Both the position numbers and the translations under genes were made by a program. From NCBI GenBank assembly GCA_039799905.1, contig JBDLRP010000052.1:1-45941 (forward strand): a DNA stretch of 45,941 nucleotides, written 5' to 3'. Shown in pieces: positions 9,765 through 19,160 of this stretch; the first letter of the stretch is position 1, and the number at the start of each line of letters is the position of its first letter. Origin of the DNA: Pseudomonadota bacterium (GTDB lineage Bacteria; Bdellovibrionota_B; Oligoflexia; Silvanigrellales; Silvanigrellaceae). The notes under the pieces were generated by a model, which searched no databases, was not told the DNA's origin, and was given only the letters and a program-made list of their open reading frames with translations.

Positions 9765-11129
9765 TCAATAGCTCTTTGCGAGGTTGTGAAAGGCGGTAAA
9801 TTCGCCTTGAAATGCAAGCTTGACCGTTTCTGTTGAGCCGTGCCTGTTCTTGCCGATAATGACCTCAGCGATGCCCTTGTCGGGCGAATCGGAGTGATAA
9901 TATTCGTCTCGGTAAATAAACATAATCATATCGGCATCCTGCTCGATTGAACCGGACTCACGCAAATCCGACGAACGCGGGCGCTTGTCCGGCCGCTGCT
10001 CAAGACCGCGGTTGAGCTGGGCCAGTGCAATGACAGGACAAGAGAGTTCTTTAGCGAGCGCCTTCAGGCCTTGGCTTATCATACCGACTTCACGCTCGCG
10101 TGAGCTCTTGGAACCGAGGTTAGTCCCAACAGTCATCAGCTGCAGGTAGTCGATAATCACCATATCGACAGAGCCTTTTTCCCGCTTCATCTGGCGGCAG
10201 CGGCTGCGCAAGTCAAGCAAGCTGATGCTTGGCGTGTCGTCAATCATCAGCTTGTCGGTATTGAAGTTGGCAGCTTCAGGATAAAGCCGGTGCAATTCTT
10301 CGGCAGACATCTTGCCGTCGCGAAATCTATGCGATTCGATTCGCGCGGCAGTCGACAACAGACGCTGCATCAGCTGATGCTTGCTCATTTCAAGACTGAA
10401 GACAGCCACGTTTTTTTTGTCGTGAATCGCCGCGTACTGGGCGAAATTCAACGCCAGAGCAGTTTTACCCATTGCTGGACGGGCCGCTAGAATAATCAGG
10501 TCACTTGGCTGAAAACCGGCCGTAATGGTGTCCAAATCGTTAAAACCCGTCGGTATGCCAGTCATACCGCCTGGATTGTTCATCAGTTCGCTGAGCGACT
10601 GAATTGTGTCACGCACAACGACTGATGCCGGGGTCAGCCCTGTGTGGCCACGTGTTGCAGCCAACTGCATGAACGTCTCTTCTGCCTCGGCAAGAAAAGA
10701 TTCCACGCTTGCTTCAGCAACACGTCTGCCGCGCGCGGCGATGTCGGAACACTTTTCAACGACGAGCCGGAGTTCCCAAAATCGTTTGACGACATCAAGC
10801 CAGTAGCCGACGTTCTCTGAATTGGCTCCGTAATGAAGAAACTGCCGCAGACCATCAAAATCTCCGACGTTGAGATGTCGGTTTTGAAAACGGAGTTTTT
10901 CGTAGACGTTGACGAGGTCCGCGGGAACTCCCTCGAACAGGAGTTCGCGCACTGCGCCGATGATGATGCGATGGGATTCAACAAAAAAATAATCCGCCAC
11001 GAGCTTCTCTGTCTGCTCGATGGCGGAGGTCGGGTTGGTGAGAATCGCACCGATGACAGCGGATTCAGCTTCCAACGAATGCGGAAGGTTCAAAGCGCCT
11101 TTGGAACGTCTTTCCTCAAGTTGCGCCAT
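9765..11129 (-). CDS. dnaB: Replicative DNA helicase
   Basis: PHSLEAE, AARPAMGKT Walker A, FSLEM, IIDYLQL, AQLNR, DLRESGSIEQDAD, KNRHG. 454 aa, no intein. Confidence 0.97.
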   Translation of the reverse strand: MAQLEERRSKGALNLPHSLEAESAVIGAILTNPTSAIEQTEKLVADYFFVESHRIIIGAVRELLFEGVPADLVNVYEKLRFQNRHLNVGDFDGLRQFLHYGANSENVGYWLDVVKRFWELRLVVEKCSDIAARGRRVAEASVESFLAEAEETFMQLAATRGHTGLTPASVVVRDTIQSLSELMNNPGGMTGIPTGFNDLDTITAGFQPSDLIILAARPAMGKTALALNFAQYAAIHDKKNVAVFSLEMSKHQLMQRLLSTAARIESHRFRDGKMSAEELHRLYPEAANFNTDKLMIDDTPSISLLDLRSRCRQMKREKGSVDMVIIDYLQLMTVGTNLGSKSSREREVGMISQGLKALAKELSCPVIALAQLNRGLEQRPDKRPRSSDLRESGSIEQDADMIMFIYRDEYYHSDSPDKGIAEVIIGKNRHGSTETVKLAFQGEFTAFHNLAKSY

Positions 11130-11149
11130 GATTACTACCGCGTTTGATG

Positions 11150-11668
11150 TTAGTCAGCGAGTTCGTTCAGGAGATCAGCGATACTTCTGCGGTTGCGGGT
11201 TTTGAGCACCTTGCGCACGTCGCGTGGCTGAATGCTGAAACCTTTCAATTTGCGGTGCAGCGTGTTGCGGTTGCAACCGAGAACGTCTGCAGCCTTCGAC
11301 TGGTTGCCTCGTGTCTTTTTGAGAACCAGAGCAAACAGCGGACGCTCAACGTGCGATAGAACTGTCTTGAGGATGTTTGCAGGAATTTCATCGTCGAAAC
11401 GCTCAAAAAGAGCCTGCAGTTTCCAGAACACCAGCTGCTCGAGGCTTGTTTCTTCGAGCATAGCGCGAAGGTGCTCGGGCACTGGCGGCATGTTGAGTTG
11501 TTCGAGCAGTCCAACTGAGCTGTCGATGTCAGCGGCGCTGGCGTCAGACGCGCTGGCACCCTCGATGCTGCGGCCTTCTTGTGCGAGACGAACGTTTTCT
11601 ACGGTTCCAGCTTCTGCGCCTGATCTCATCTTGCTTGCTTCCTGAATCGAATGCTGAGTGCTGTTCAT
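11150..11668 (-). CDS. Fis-family HTH DNA-binding protein with N- and C-terminal extensions
   Basis: VLSHVERPLFALVLKKTRGNQSKAADVLGCNRNTLHRKL is a Fis-type HTH. No AAA+ or receiver domain. Confidence 0.8.
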   Translation of the reverse strand: MNSTQHSIQEASKMRSGAEAGTVENVRLAQEGRSIEGASASDASAADIDSSVGLLEQLNMPPVPEHLRAMLEETSLEQLVFWKLQALFERFDDEIPANILKTVLSHVERPLFALVLKKTRGNQSKAADVLGCNRNTLHRKLKGFSIQPRDVRKVLKTRNRRSIADLLNELAD

Positions 11669-11884
11669 CTATCTACATCCTCGGTAAATACAAAGAGGAA
11701 CATCTTGATTTAAGCCAACTTCAAGACCAAAAATCCATTTTCGGCATAATCCGGACCCGAAGTCAGAGTCACTCCTTTAGCACGACCTCTCGCAGTGTCA
11801 ACGGCGAGAAGAAAGCTTGCCTCACCCGAGACCCGCAGGTATGGACAACCCCCTGATCAGAACGGGAAACCCCTAGGAGGTATC

Positions 11885-12994
11885 ATGGGCTTTAATTGCG
11901 GTATCGTTGGCCTTCCAAACGTCGGAAAGTCCACACTTTTCAACGCGGTCACCAAAGCGGGGGCACAAGCCGCAAACTACCCGTTCTGTACAATTGACCC
12001 AAACGTCGGCCGAGTTGCGGTCCCCGATGAGCGCCTGAACCGAATCGACGGCATCATTAAAAGTAAAAGGGTCATTCCAACCTTTATCGAGTTTGTTGAT
12101 ATCGCTGGACTCGTCCGTGGCGCGAGCAGAGGCGAAGGACTCGGCAACCAATTTCTCGGCCACATTCGTCAGGTGGATGCGATTGTGCACGTTGTCCGCT
12201 GTTTTGAGGACGGTGATGTGATTCACGTCGATGGCAGCACCGATCCAGCACGTGACATCGATACAATCAACACAGAACTCGTATACGCCGACTTCGAAAC
12301 CGTCAGCAAAAGCGTTGATCGCCTGTCGAAATCGCTCAAGGGCAACGACAAAAAAGTACTACTGAGCCACGACGTCGGCAGCCGGCTGCGTGCACATCTT
12401 GAACAACTGAAGCCAGCGCGCTCGTTTTTGCCCCAGTGCAACGAAGATGAACTCGAGTTTCTGAGCTCACTCCACCTGATCACCGCAAAACCGGTGCTCT
12501 ATGCCGCGAATGTGTCAGAAGCTGATTTGGTCGACATGGCGGCGACAAACAAACATGTGGCTACGGTGCGCGACATTGCCACCAAGGAAGGTTCGGGAGT
12601 GGTTGTCGTGTCGGCCCGCCTTGAAGAAGAACTCAGCCAGCTTGAAGCGGATGAAGCCAAACAATATTTGGAATCACTTGGCCAAACCGAACCTGGGCTC
12701 AATCGATTGATACGTGCCGGATACGAACTTCTAGGACTGCAAACCTATTTCACCGCAGGTGTTCAAGAAGTGCGTGCATGGACCATCCAAAAGAACACCA
12801 AGGCACCACAAGCCGCGGGTGTCATTCACACCGATTTTGAAAAAGGATTCATCTGCGCAGAAGTTTATGCATGTGACGATCTCTTTCGACTCGGCAACGA
12901 GGCGAAAGTGAAAGAAGCTGGCTTATACAGAAAAGAAGGCAAGGAGTACGTCTGCAAGGACGGCGACATCATGCACTTCTTGTTCAATGTTTGA
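11885..12994 (+). CDS. ychF: Ribosome-binding ATPase YchF
   Basis: GIVGLPNVGKSTLFN, NYPFCTI, DIAGLVRGAS, YFTAG, GVIHTDFEKGFI, C-terminal FLFNV. SD AGGAGG before ATG 11885. Confidence 0.97.
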   Translation: MGFNCGIVGLPNVGKSTLFNAVTKAGAQAANYPFCTIDPNVGRVAVPDERLNRIDGIIKSKRVIPTFIEFVDIAGLVRGASRGEGLGNQFLGHIRQVDAIVHVVRCFEDGDVIHVDGSTDPARDIDTINTELVYADFETVSKSVDRLSKSLKGNDKKVLLSHDVGSRLRAHLEQLKPARSFLPQCNEDELEFLSSLHLITAKPVLYAANVSEADLVDMAATNKHVATVRDIATKEGSGVVVVSARLEEELSQLEADEAKQYLESLGQTEPGLNRLIRAGYELLGLQTYFTAGVQEVRAWTIQKNTKAPQAAGVIHTDFEKGFICAEVYACDDLFRLGNEAKVKEAGLYRKEGKEYVCKDGDIMHFLFNV

Positions 12995-13004
12995 GCTTTC
13001 TCGT

Positions 13005-13493
13005 TTACTGGGGCTTCAAGCTTCCAACGACGGCAAGGAACGCTGCCTTGTCGGCATCACTCAATCCACCTGGTGGCATCGGATTGTCTGCATTATTGAC
13101 TCTGCTCAAAATCTTGTTCTTCTTGTTAACCCAATCCTGAGGGTCGGTGCTGCTCAACTGAAATCCTCCGCTCGCACCCGAACCGGTGTGGCAACCCGTG
13201 CATTTTTTTGCGGCTGTTGAGAATGCAGCATCCACAGCTGCACCTCCAGATGTTCCAGTTGCTGGGCCTTTCGTTTGGCCGCCTGTAGTGGCACCACCGG
13301 TCGTGCCACCTGTTTGCTTGCCTCCCGCCTGTGACACGTCTCCAGTTCCAACTTGATTCACCGAGCCGGCGGGCTCATCCGCAACGGTCGTATCTCCATT
13401 CCGAGCAGGGTTCAGAGCCGTTGTCGGCTCTGCCGCGGCACAGGAAATCAAAAACAGTGCTAGGCCGGCTGTACCGATGACGGTCGATTTCAT
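13005..13493 (-). CDS. Monoheme c-type cytochrome lipoprotein
   Basis: Lipobox LISC, Gly/Thr-rich linker, heme motif CTGCH, distal Met in NPMPP. Confidence 0.8.
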   Translation of the reverse strand: MKSTVIGTAGLALFLISCAAAEPTTALNPARNGDTTVADEPAGSVNQVGTGDVSQAGGKQTGGTTGGATTGGQTKGPATGTSGGAAVDAAFSTAAKKCTGCHTGSGASGGFQLSSTDPQDWVNKKNKILSRVNNADNPMPPGGLSDADKAAFLAVVGSLKPQ

Positions 13494-13521
13494 GGAACCC
13501 CCAATAGATTTTATTTGGGGA

Positions 13522-13549
13522 AGATCGGCACAATAGGAGAAAAACTTAA
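13522..13549 (-). promoter_or_regulatory. Sigma-28 (FliA)-type promoter
   Basis: Minus strand reads TTAAG-N15-GCCGATCT, ending about 30 nt upstream of the cytochrome c start codon. Confidence 0.7.
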
Positions 13550-13563
13550 AATGTTTTTTTAGT

Positions 13564-14205
13564 TCAATCGATTCCTACCCTTCGGCAAATCCGCCGAACA
13601 GGGCATGTGTCGCAATGAGGACTTCGGGCGGTGCAGTGATATCGCCCGTGAAAAATCAACAAATTATGAGCAATAACAGCAAACTGACTAGGCACGCAGG
13701 CCAACAACTGCTCCTCAATGTGCACCCTGTTCAACGTCGCATTCACGAGACCCATCCGCACGCTGACACGCGCCACGTGTGTATCAACAGCCATCGTCGG
13801 AAGGCCGGCCAGCACATTGAGGACCACATTTGCCGTTTTGCGTCCAACCCCCGGCAGTGCCTCCAAAGCGGCCCTTTCAAGCGGAACCCGTCCCTCATGA
13901 AGGGCAATCAATTGTCGCGCGATGGCGACAGAGTTTTTGGCTTTGGTCGGGGCAAGACCAATTGAACGGATGACCTTGAGAAAACCACCTTCTCCCAAAG
14001 CCAGTAAGTCAAGCGGAGAAAAATTTCTGTTCTTTTCAAACAAGGGTGCAAGCGCTTTGTTCACAGCCTTATCTGTTGTCTGGGCACTCAGAACGACAGC
14101 AATCAAAAGTTGAAAATCGTTATAATGATGAAGCTCGCAATGCGCATCAGGCCACAAAGAGGCGAGAGCTGCGAACAGATCTTCCGTTTCACTCGGACTG
14201 AGCAA
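13564..14205 (-). CDS. nth: Endonuclease III
   Basis: LLIAVVLSAQTTD, HhH LPGVGRKTANVVL, AVDTHV, FCL cluster CTARSPHCDTCPVRRIC. Start uncertain: TTG 14205 after AGGA avoids a long overlap; ATG 14283 is the alternative. Confidence 0.93.
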   Translation of the reverse strand: MLSPSETEDLFAALASLWPDAHCELHHYNDFQLLIAVVLSAQTTDKAVNKALAPLFEKNRNFSPLDLLALGEGGFLKVIRSIGLAPTKAKNSVAIARQLIALHEGRVPLERAALEALPGVGRKTANVVLNVLAGLPTMAVDTHVARVSVRMGLVNATLNRVHIEEQLLACVPSQFAVIAHNLLIFHGRYHCTARSPHCDTCPVRRICRRVGID

Positions 14206-16942
14206 CTTCGTCCTGCGGACAATCCGTGATTTCGCCGAGGTCCTGACTTGTTTCACCTTGAGTTTCACATTTTTGCTTTTCATCTTCCACCAACCAAACT
14301 GCAATTGCCTGTTTACCTTTGGCGAACAAATGCGCCATGCGCTGAGGTTCGGGAGCTTCCAAAAGACAAACGGACTTTTGCGCGACAGCGGCGCTCAGCG
14401 CTGTTACGGAAAAGACATACGCTTCCGGACACGCCACCAGCAATCCTCCGGCGTGATTTTCAACAATCCGGAGCTGCCCCACATTACCTGACAACTCAAG
14501 CCGCGCACCTGCCGCCACTTGTCCGTGAATTCGGTGCGAGACAACCTTGGTAGTGGGATTTGTTTGGCTTACAACACTTAGCCCCTGAGGTAATTCTTTA
14601 CGTAATTTAGCAGGACCACTGATTGTCTCCTCAAAAACCAAATCGACCTCGGACGCAGCCGAAAATTCCATCCGCAGACGCAACGGGTATCTTCGTCCAA
14701 TTCTGATAATCCTGCGTGACTCTCGCACAAAACGGCTGTTAACCCGACTGAGTACATCTTCACGCGAGCCACGCCGGCTGACCTGTCGGAATTGCTCACC
14801 TGCAGGCAGAATCAAAGTTCTTCGTTCCGGCCAGCCAAACGCATCCGGAACGCTTATCCGCGCCGGCAAAGGTTGAGACACATATTTGAGAAAACCGCCT
14901 GTCGAATCCGGATCGGCAAACAGCACGCCTTCTTGAAGCCGACTATACAAAGGAAATACCTTGAGATGCTCGCCGACATCCTTCACCGAGCGTGAAGGTG
15001 AACGTTCCCGGCTGTAACCACCCGCGAAACTCTGCCACAATCGTCTTGCCTCAAGAGGAAATCTTGCATCAAAGTGCCCAAGTGACTCCCAAAGTGTTCG
15101 CGTCAAATCCTGATGGGTTGTAACGGTCTGGATAATTTTTGCAGAATTGAGCGAGTTGGCGGCCGGCACGTAAATCAAAGGAACCTTGAGCGATTCCTGA
15201 TTCAAAAGCATATCGCCGGCAAAAGTCGCCCTCGCGGAGTCGCGGTTGGAAAGTCCGCTGCCCAGATCAAGCCCGCGCTCGGCGCTCAGAAGAAAATCAA
15301 ACTCGCCAAACAAGCCTTTTTTCTGGAGTTGATCGATATGAAATGAGAGCTCCCTGTCGAGTGATTTTGCTGATGCCTGAATGAGTGTATCCATCAATCC
15401 ACGGTGATTGCCACCAAAAAACAACTTGCCCAATTGAATATCCGAATAGGTTGGCCACCAGGGCGCCTGCAGTCCGTTCAAACGGACAATGACCACAACC
15501 GGCGTGGTCAGCTCCTCTTCAAGAATTGCCAGAAGCTGCTTAAGTGCAAGCCTTGATTGATAAGTCTCGTTACCGATCCTTATCGCAATGTCAGGAAGAA
15601 TTTTGCTTTGCAGTTCATTGGGACCAAGGTCACCAATCATGATCACTTTGTGACCGCCGCGGCGCAGCCTCTCAATCAAGTGATCGTCAGGATTGACAGC
15701 ACTATCGCTAGGCACAGAGGGCAAACCAAGAAAATTCAGGAACGAACGGTTTTCACGCAAGTCTAATGCGTGATGCTGAGCAAACACCAGACCACGCGGA
15801 AATTGAATCTGCGATGCCAACCAGGGCATGACACTCTGATCAGTCGCGAGCTCGTAGTTCAGCGATTTGAACAAAAGAAAGAGCAAATTCTTTTTCACTG
15901 GGGGAGACGCTGCCGATGATTTGCGTTGCCACTCAAATCCATGAAGCAACAAATCACAATTTTTTCCGAATTCTTCCCCGAGTGGAGTCAATTTGAATCT
16001 GAGTGTCGGCGAACCTCCCGCCACAGGAACAACCAATGGACTCGATGTTGTTTTGGTCCTGAAAGCTGCAAGCTCGGGCATCAGTTTTTCTTGCAGGCGT
16101 CGTGTCAGCGGCGATTTGAGCAGTCTATTGACAGTTCCCGACTGCACAGAAAACACCGAAGAGAATACAAACTGACCCACGTCAGTCATGACGTCTATCC
16201 TGCATTGTGCAGGAATTTTGCCGGCAGATATGGGCATGTATTTCAGTCGCAGCATACGGGGCGACTCATCGGCTTGAAAATTGAGAAGAACATCTGCAGC
16301 AGTAGACAACCGCCAGCCCCGCCAAGCCTCTTCGTGAGCGCCGCCCCGGCCCAACGACAAAATGCCTTCGCCAGAGCGACTGTCCAGTACTTTGAACTCA
16401 GACCCATCGGCGATCAATTCATCATCCGAATAATCCGCGGCAGGAGCATCAAGATCAGCAAGCTGAAGAATATTCGGCCTGAGGACGTCGGCAGTATCAG
16501 CAATCCGCATGTTCAGCTCGGACTGCACCAAGGGAATACGCTGAGGAACAGGAAGATAAATTCTTATCAAAAAGAAAATTACAAAAGGGAAAATACACAC
16601 CAAGAAAGCAAGAAAAAATTTTACGGACAGCAGCATTGGAAACTGCAGAAAGCGCAGCAGCACAAAAGCCTTCTCAAGCGTCGGACGTAAAAAAAATGGC
16701 CCCCGGGCGATCTTGAAGCGCTGGGCGCGCAATTTTGCAACCATCGCGCGTCGTTTGTAGCGCTCAACTGTCTGAACAGAAACACGCAGTTCAGCCCACG
16801 AAAGCCAAGGCATCTGAACACCGTGGCAGGCCAGCCACAGAGTAAAACGACTGATAAGCTGCAGGACCCCGACGGTAACTGCGTCTCTCAATACGCTTAA
16901 TCTCTGCAGCAAATTTCTGGCCAAAAAAACTATCCCCCTCAA
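14189..16942 (-). CDS. Large membrane-anchored protein with degenerate sulfatase/alkaline-phosphatase-like domain
   Basis: 917-aa ORF with an N-terminal hydrophobic segment. Ordered remnants of sulfatase motifs: NLLFLLFKSL, LIERLRRGGHKV, LLSAERG, LNQESLKVPLIY, HQDLTRTL. Confidence 0.6.
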   Translation of the reverse strand: MRGIVFLARNLLQRLSVLRDAVTVGVLQLISRFTLWLACHGVQMPWLSWAELRVSVQTVERYKRRAMVAKLRAQRFKIARGPFFLRPTLEKAFVLLRFLQFPMLLSVKFFLAFLVCIFPFVIFFLIRIYLPVPQRIPLVQSELNMRIADTADVLRPNILQLADLDAPAADYSDDELIADGSEFKVLDSRSGEGILSLGRGGAHEEAWRGWRLSTAADVLLNFQADESPRMLRLKYMPISAGKIPAQCRIDVMTDVGQFVFSSVFSVQSGTVNRLLKSPLTRRLQEKLMPELAAFRTKTTSSPLVVPVAGGSPTLRFKLTPLGEEFGKNCDLLLHGFEWQRKSSAASPPVKKNLLFLLFKSLNYELATDQSVMPWLASQIQFPRGLVFAQHHALDLRENRSFLNFLGLPSVPSDSAVNPDDHLIERLRRGGHKVIMIGDLGPNELQSKILPDIAIRIGNETYQSRLALKQLLAILEEELTTPVVVIVRLNGLQAPWWPTYSDIQLGKLFFGGNHRGLMDTLIQASAKSLDRELSFHIDQLQKKGLFGEFDFLLSAERGLDLGSGLSNRDSARATFAGDMLLNQESLKVPLIYVPAANSLNSAKIIQTVTTHQDLTRTLWESLGHFDARFPLEARRLWQSFAGGYSRERSPSRSVKDVGEHLKVFPLYSRLQEGVLFADPDSTGGFLKYVSQPLPARISVPDAFGWPERRTLILPAGEQFRQVSRRGSREDVLSRVNSRFVRESRRIIRIGRRYPLRLRMEFSAASEVDLVFEETISGPAKLRKELPQGLSVVSQTNPTTKVVSHRIHGQVAAGARLELSGNVGQLRIVENHAGGLLVACPEAYVFSVTALSAAVAQKSVCLLEAPEPQRMAHLFAKGKQAIAVWLVEDEKQKCETQGETSQDLGEITDCPQDEVAQSE

Positions 16943-18723
16943 TCTCCAAGCAGTCTGATGCGCCGGAACGGTTCCGAGTAGGCCGTTCGTCCATTGCCCA
17001 GCGAAAGCACCTCGACACCGGTTGTCCGCAAAAAATCGTCAATTTGCCGTATCAGCTCGGTTCTAATCAACGGGTCCGAGAGTTGTCTTTCGTCGACAGG
17101 TTCCCATGTACGATTGTAAGCTCCCTGTTTGAGATCGAACTTGAAAGTATTCACAAGCGCACCCTCGTGACTCTCCTGAAGTTCAAGACGATACCCGTCC
17201 GAGGTCAGCCAGCCGCGTTTACGAAAGACTTCCTCACCGGCCGAGAGATCTATCTCCTGATAGACGAGGTCTCTTGGAAAAACTGAGGGCCGTTCGGAAA
17301 GATCAAAAAGCGCAGCCCCGTCACATTGTGAGACGACCGACTCAAGCCGGAGTCTAGCTGCAAGACTCGCGCCCACATCGATGCCGCGTACGAGTTTTGG
17401 AGGTGATTGAATCAGCGCGGAGTCGCCAAGCTGACCGCTTGCGTAGAATGCGATTTGGGCGGATGTGTTGCCGACAGAAAGATCCCGCGGGCTCCGGTCT
17501 TTAAATCCGCTCGGAAACTCGAGAAGCACGACAAGAATATTTTTAAGCCAGTTCTGCTGTTGCAGCGCGTCGACGAACGTTTCGAATTGCTCTACGTCCG
17601 CCTGCGTCTGCTGCCTGCCGCCACGCGAGATCAAAGCTGCAGTAACAAATGCAGGCTTTGCACGCCCGACCGCGTTCCCCAACGCTTCCCTGATTTGTGA
17701 GAGCTGCACATCCGGCGTGTAAAAGACCCGCGATGGCAGCAGCAAACCGAAACGGCGGAAAAATCGCACATGGGCGAAGTTGCGCGAGAGCATTTTCAGC
17801 GCTTCACTCGCTTCGCCGCGAGAGCTCGTGTGCAGGAGGGTTGTCGAGTAGCCGAGCGACTCCAGAGCCGCAGCAACAAAAAAATCGCGCGCTTCGCGGG
17901 CTGCTTCAGACTGTTCGTTATTATTTCGTCCAATCAGGCGAATCGGATACCTGCATTGCAAGACCTCATCAAACTTTGCACCCGTGTCGGGACTGCCAAA
18001 GATCACCCAAGAACGAAAAAATGGCTCGCCCAAACGACGTTGCAGGCTCTGAGCGTGAATCGGTGAATCGACTGCAAGAAACAGAACCGAAGGGCGCTGG
18101 TCTCTTTGGTCTGCTTGCGCCACCGCGGGGACGGGCCGAAAATTGGCAACGTTCCATAACGAAACACTGCCCGCTATAATCACCAAAAACACAACAATAG
18201 ATTGAACCAGTGAACGGACCGCGATGTCCTCGTCATCCGGTGACAATGCCAGACGGTCTCGATTCAGTCGCTCGTATTGCCGGGTCATCCGCATCATCAA
18301 GTAACCGCACGACACGACTGCCGCCAGAGCGATCAGCGACCACTGCGCGATTCGCGGTGTATCGCTGCCCGCCAACAACATCCACGCCGGGGCCCTATCC
18401 GGAATCGGAAATCGGGCAAACAGGCCGCCCAAAAGCGTACTTGCAAAACACAAAAACAGAGAGACTCCGCGCGGTGCGGCCAGGGCGATTGAACTCCAAG
18501 CCCACGCAAAGCAGACGAGCGTCAGTGCTCCGGCCATGAGAGCGGGGCGAGTATCTTTAACAAGGTTTGACCAATGTCCCGCAATGGACAGCGGGGAACC
18601 CAGCGAAGCTCCGGTCCTGCGCACCTCTTCGTAGATCAAAAGAGCCGCCCAAACCAACACGACCAACAGGATATGGTGCATAATACGGACAAAATAGCGT
18701 TGTCCGAATTCGCGCCAGCTCAT
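16939..18723 (-). CDS. Multi-pass membrane protein with degenerate C-terminal sulfatase-like domain
   Basis: About 5 hydrophobic helices, then RPSVLFLAVDS, ALESLGYSTT, LVRGIDVGASL. Stop overlaps the next gene's start (TTGA). Start set at ATG 18723 because the ORF-track start (18867) overlaps the tRNA promoter. Confidence 0.55.
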   Translation of the reverse strand: MSWREFGQRYFVRIMHHILLVVLVWAALLIYEEVRRTGASLGSPLSIAGHWSNLVKDTRPALMAGALTLVCFAWAWSSIALAAPRGVSLFLCFASTLLGGLFARFPIPDRAPAWMLLAGSDTPRIAQWSLIALAAVVSCGYLMMRMTRQYERLNRDRLALSPDDEDIAVRSLVQSIVVFLVIIAGSVSLWNVANFRPVPAVAQADQRDQRPSVLFLAVDSPIHAQSLQRRLGEPFFRSWVIFGSPDTGAKFDEVLQCRYPIRLIGRNNNEQSEAAREARDFFVAAALESLGYSTTLLHTSSRGEASEALKMLSRNFAHVRFFRRFGLLLPSRVFYTPDVQLSQIREALGNAVGRAKPAFVTAALISRGGRQQTQADVEQFETFVDALQQQNWLKNILVVLLEFPSGFKDRSPRDLSVGNTSAQIAFYASGQLGDSALIQSPPKLVRGIDVGASLAARLRLESVVSQCDGAALFDLSERPSVFPRDLVYQEIDLSAGEEVFRKRGWLTSDGYRLELQESHEGALVNTFKFDLKQGAYNRTWEPVDERQLSDPLIRTELIRQIDDFLRTTGVEVLSLGNGRTAYSEPFRRIRLLGD

Positions 18724-18837
18724 CTCTTGGCCAATCGTCCGCGTCAAAACTCCCAGCCTCCCAATGAAAAGAAAAATGAAGTCATATTCTTTTAGTACAG
18801 GTGCGGTCTGTAACCAAGACTCCTTCCTAATTGAGAC

Positions 18838-18867
18838 TTGACAAACATCCGCAGGGTCAAGTAACAC
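18838..18867 (+). promoter_or_regulatory. Probable sigma-70 promoter of tRNA-Gly
   Basis: Perfect -35 TTGACA at 18838-18843 and a weak -10 (GTAACA/TAACAC) 17-18 nt downstream, just before the tRNA. Confidence 0.5.
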
Positions 18868-18882
18868 CCGAACTCACTTCGA

Positions 18883-18959
18883 GCGGGAATAGCTCAGTTG
18901 GCTAGAGCATCGCCTTGCCATGGCGAGGGTCGCGGGTTCGAGTCCCGTTTCCCGCTCCA
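18883..18959 (+). tRNA. tRNA-Gly (GCC)
   Basis: Acceptor stem GCGGGAA/TTCCCGC, D-arm AGCTCAGTTGGCTAGAGC, anticodon stem TCGCC/GGCGA with loop TTGCCAT, T-loop GGTTCGAGTCC, encoded CCA. Confidence 0.97.
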
Positions 18960-19160
18960 AACTTCGAACTAATTAGCTCTCGGTCGCGTGAAATCACAGA
19001 AATTCACACATTGTCGTAAAAAAGTTTTACATATGCGGTGCGTATCTTTGTAATTTCTCAGCACTATCCTGCGATTGAGTCACGATAGTTCTCTTTTCGC
19101 GGGAAAATTTCTCGCGTAGGCTTTCCAAGCAGAACGCAGAAAATCGGAGCTCTAAAAAGA

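Noticed and set aside
9765..11129. Intein in dnaB
   Set aside because: Normal length with contiguous helicase motifs.
11705..11718. FNR-like box TTGATTTAAGCCAA between the fis-like gene and ychF
   Set aside because: Two mismatches in the right half-site and no second supporting instance, so it may be chance.
14189..14304. 116-bp overlap between nth and the upstream gene as a special feature
   Set aside because: An in-frame TTG at 14205 with an AGGA SD reduces the overlap to 17 nt.
15926..16690. 254-aa plus-strand ORF and similar antisense ORFs (e.g. 40318..41028, 20473..21126, 34569..35150)
   Set aside because: They lie fully opposite better-supported genes and have no motifs or convincing RBS.
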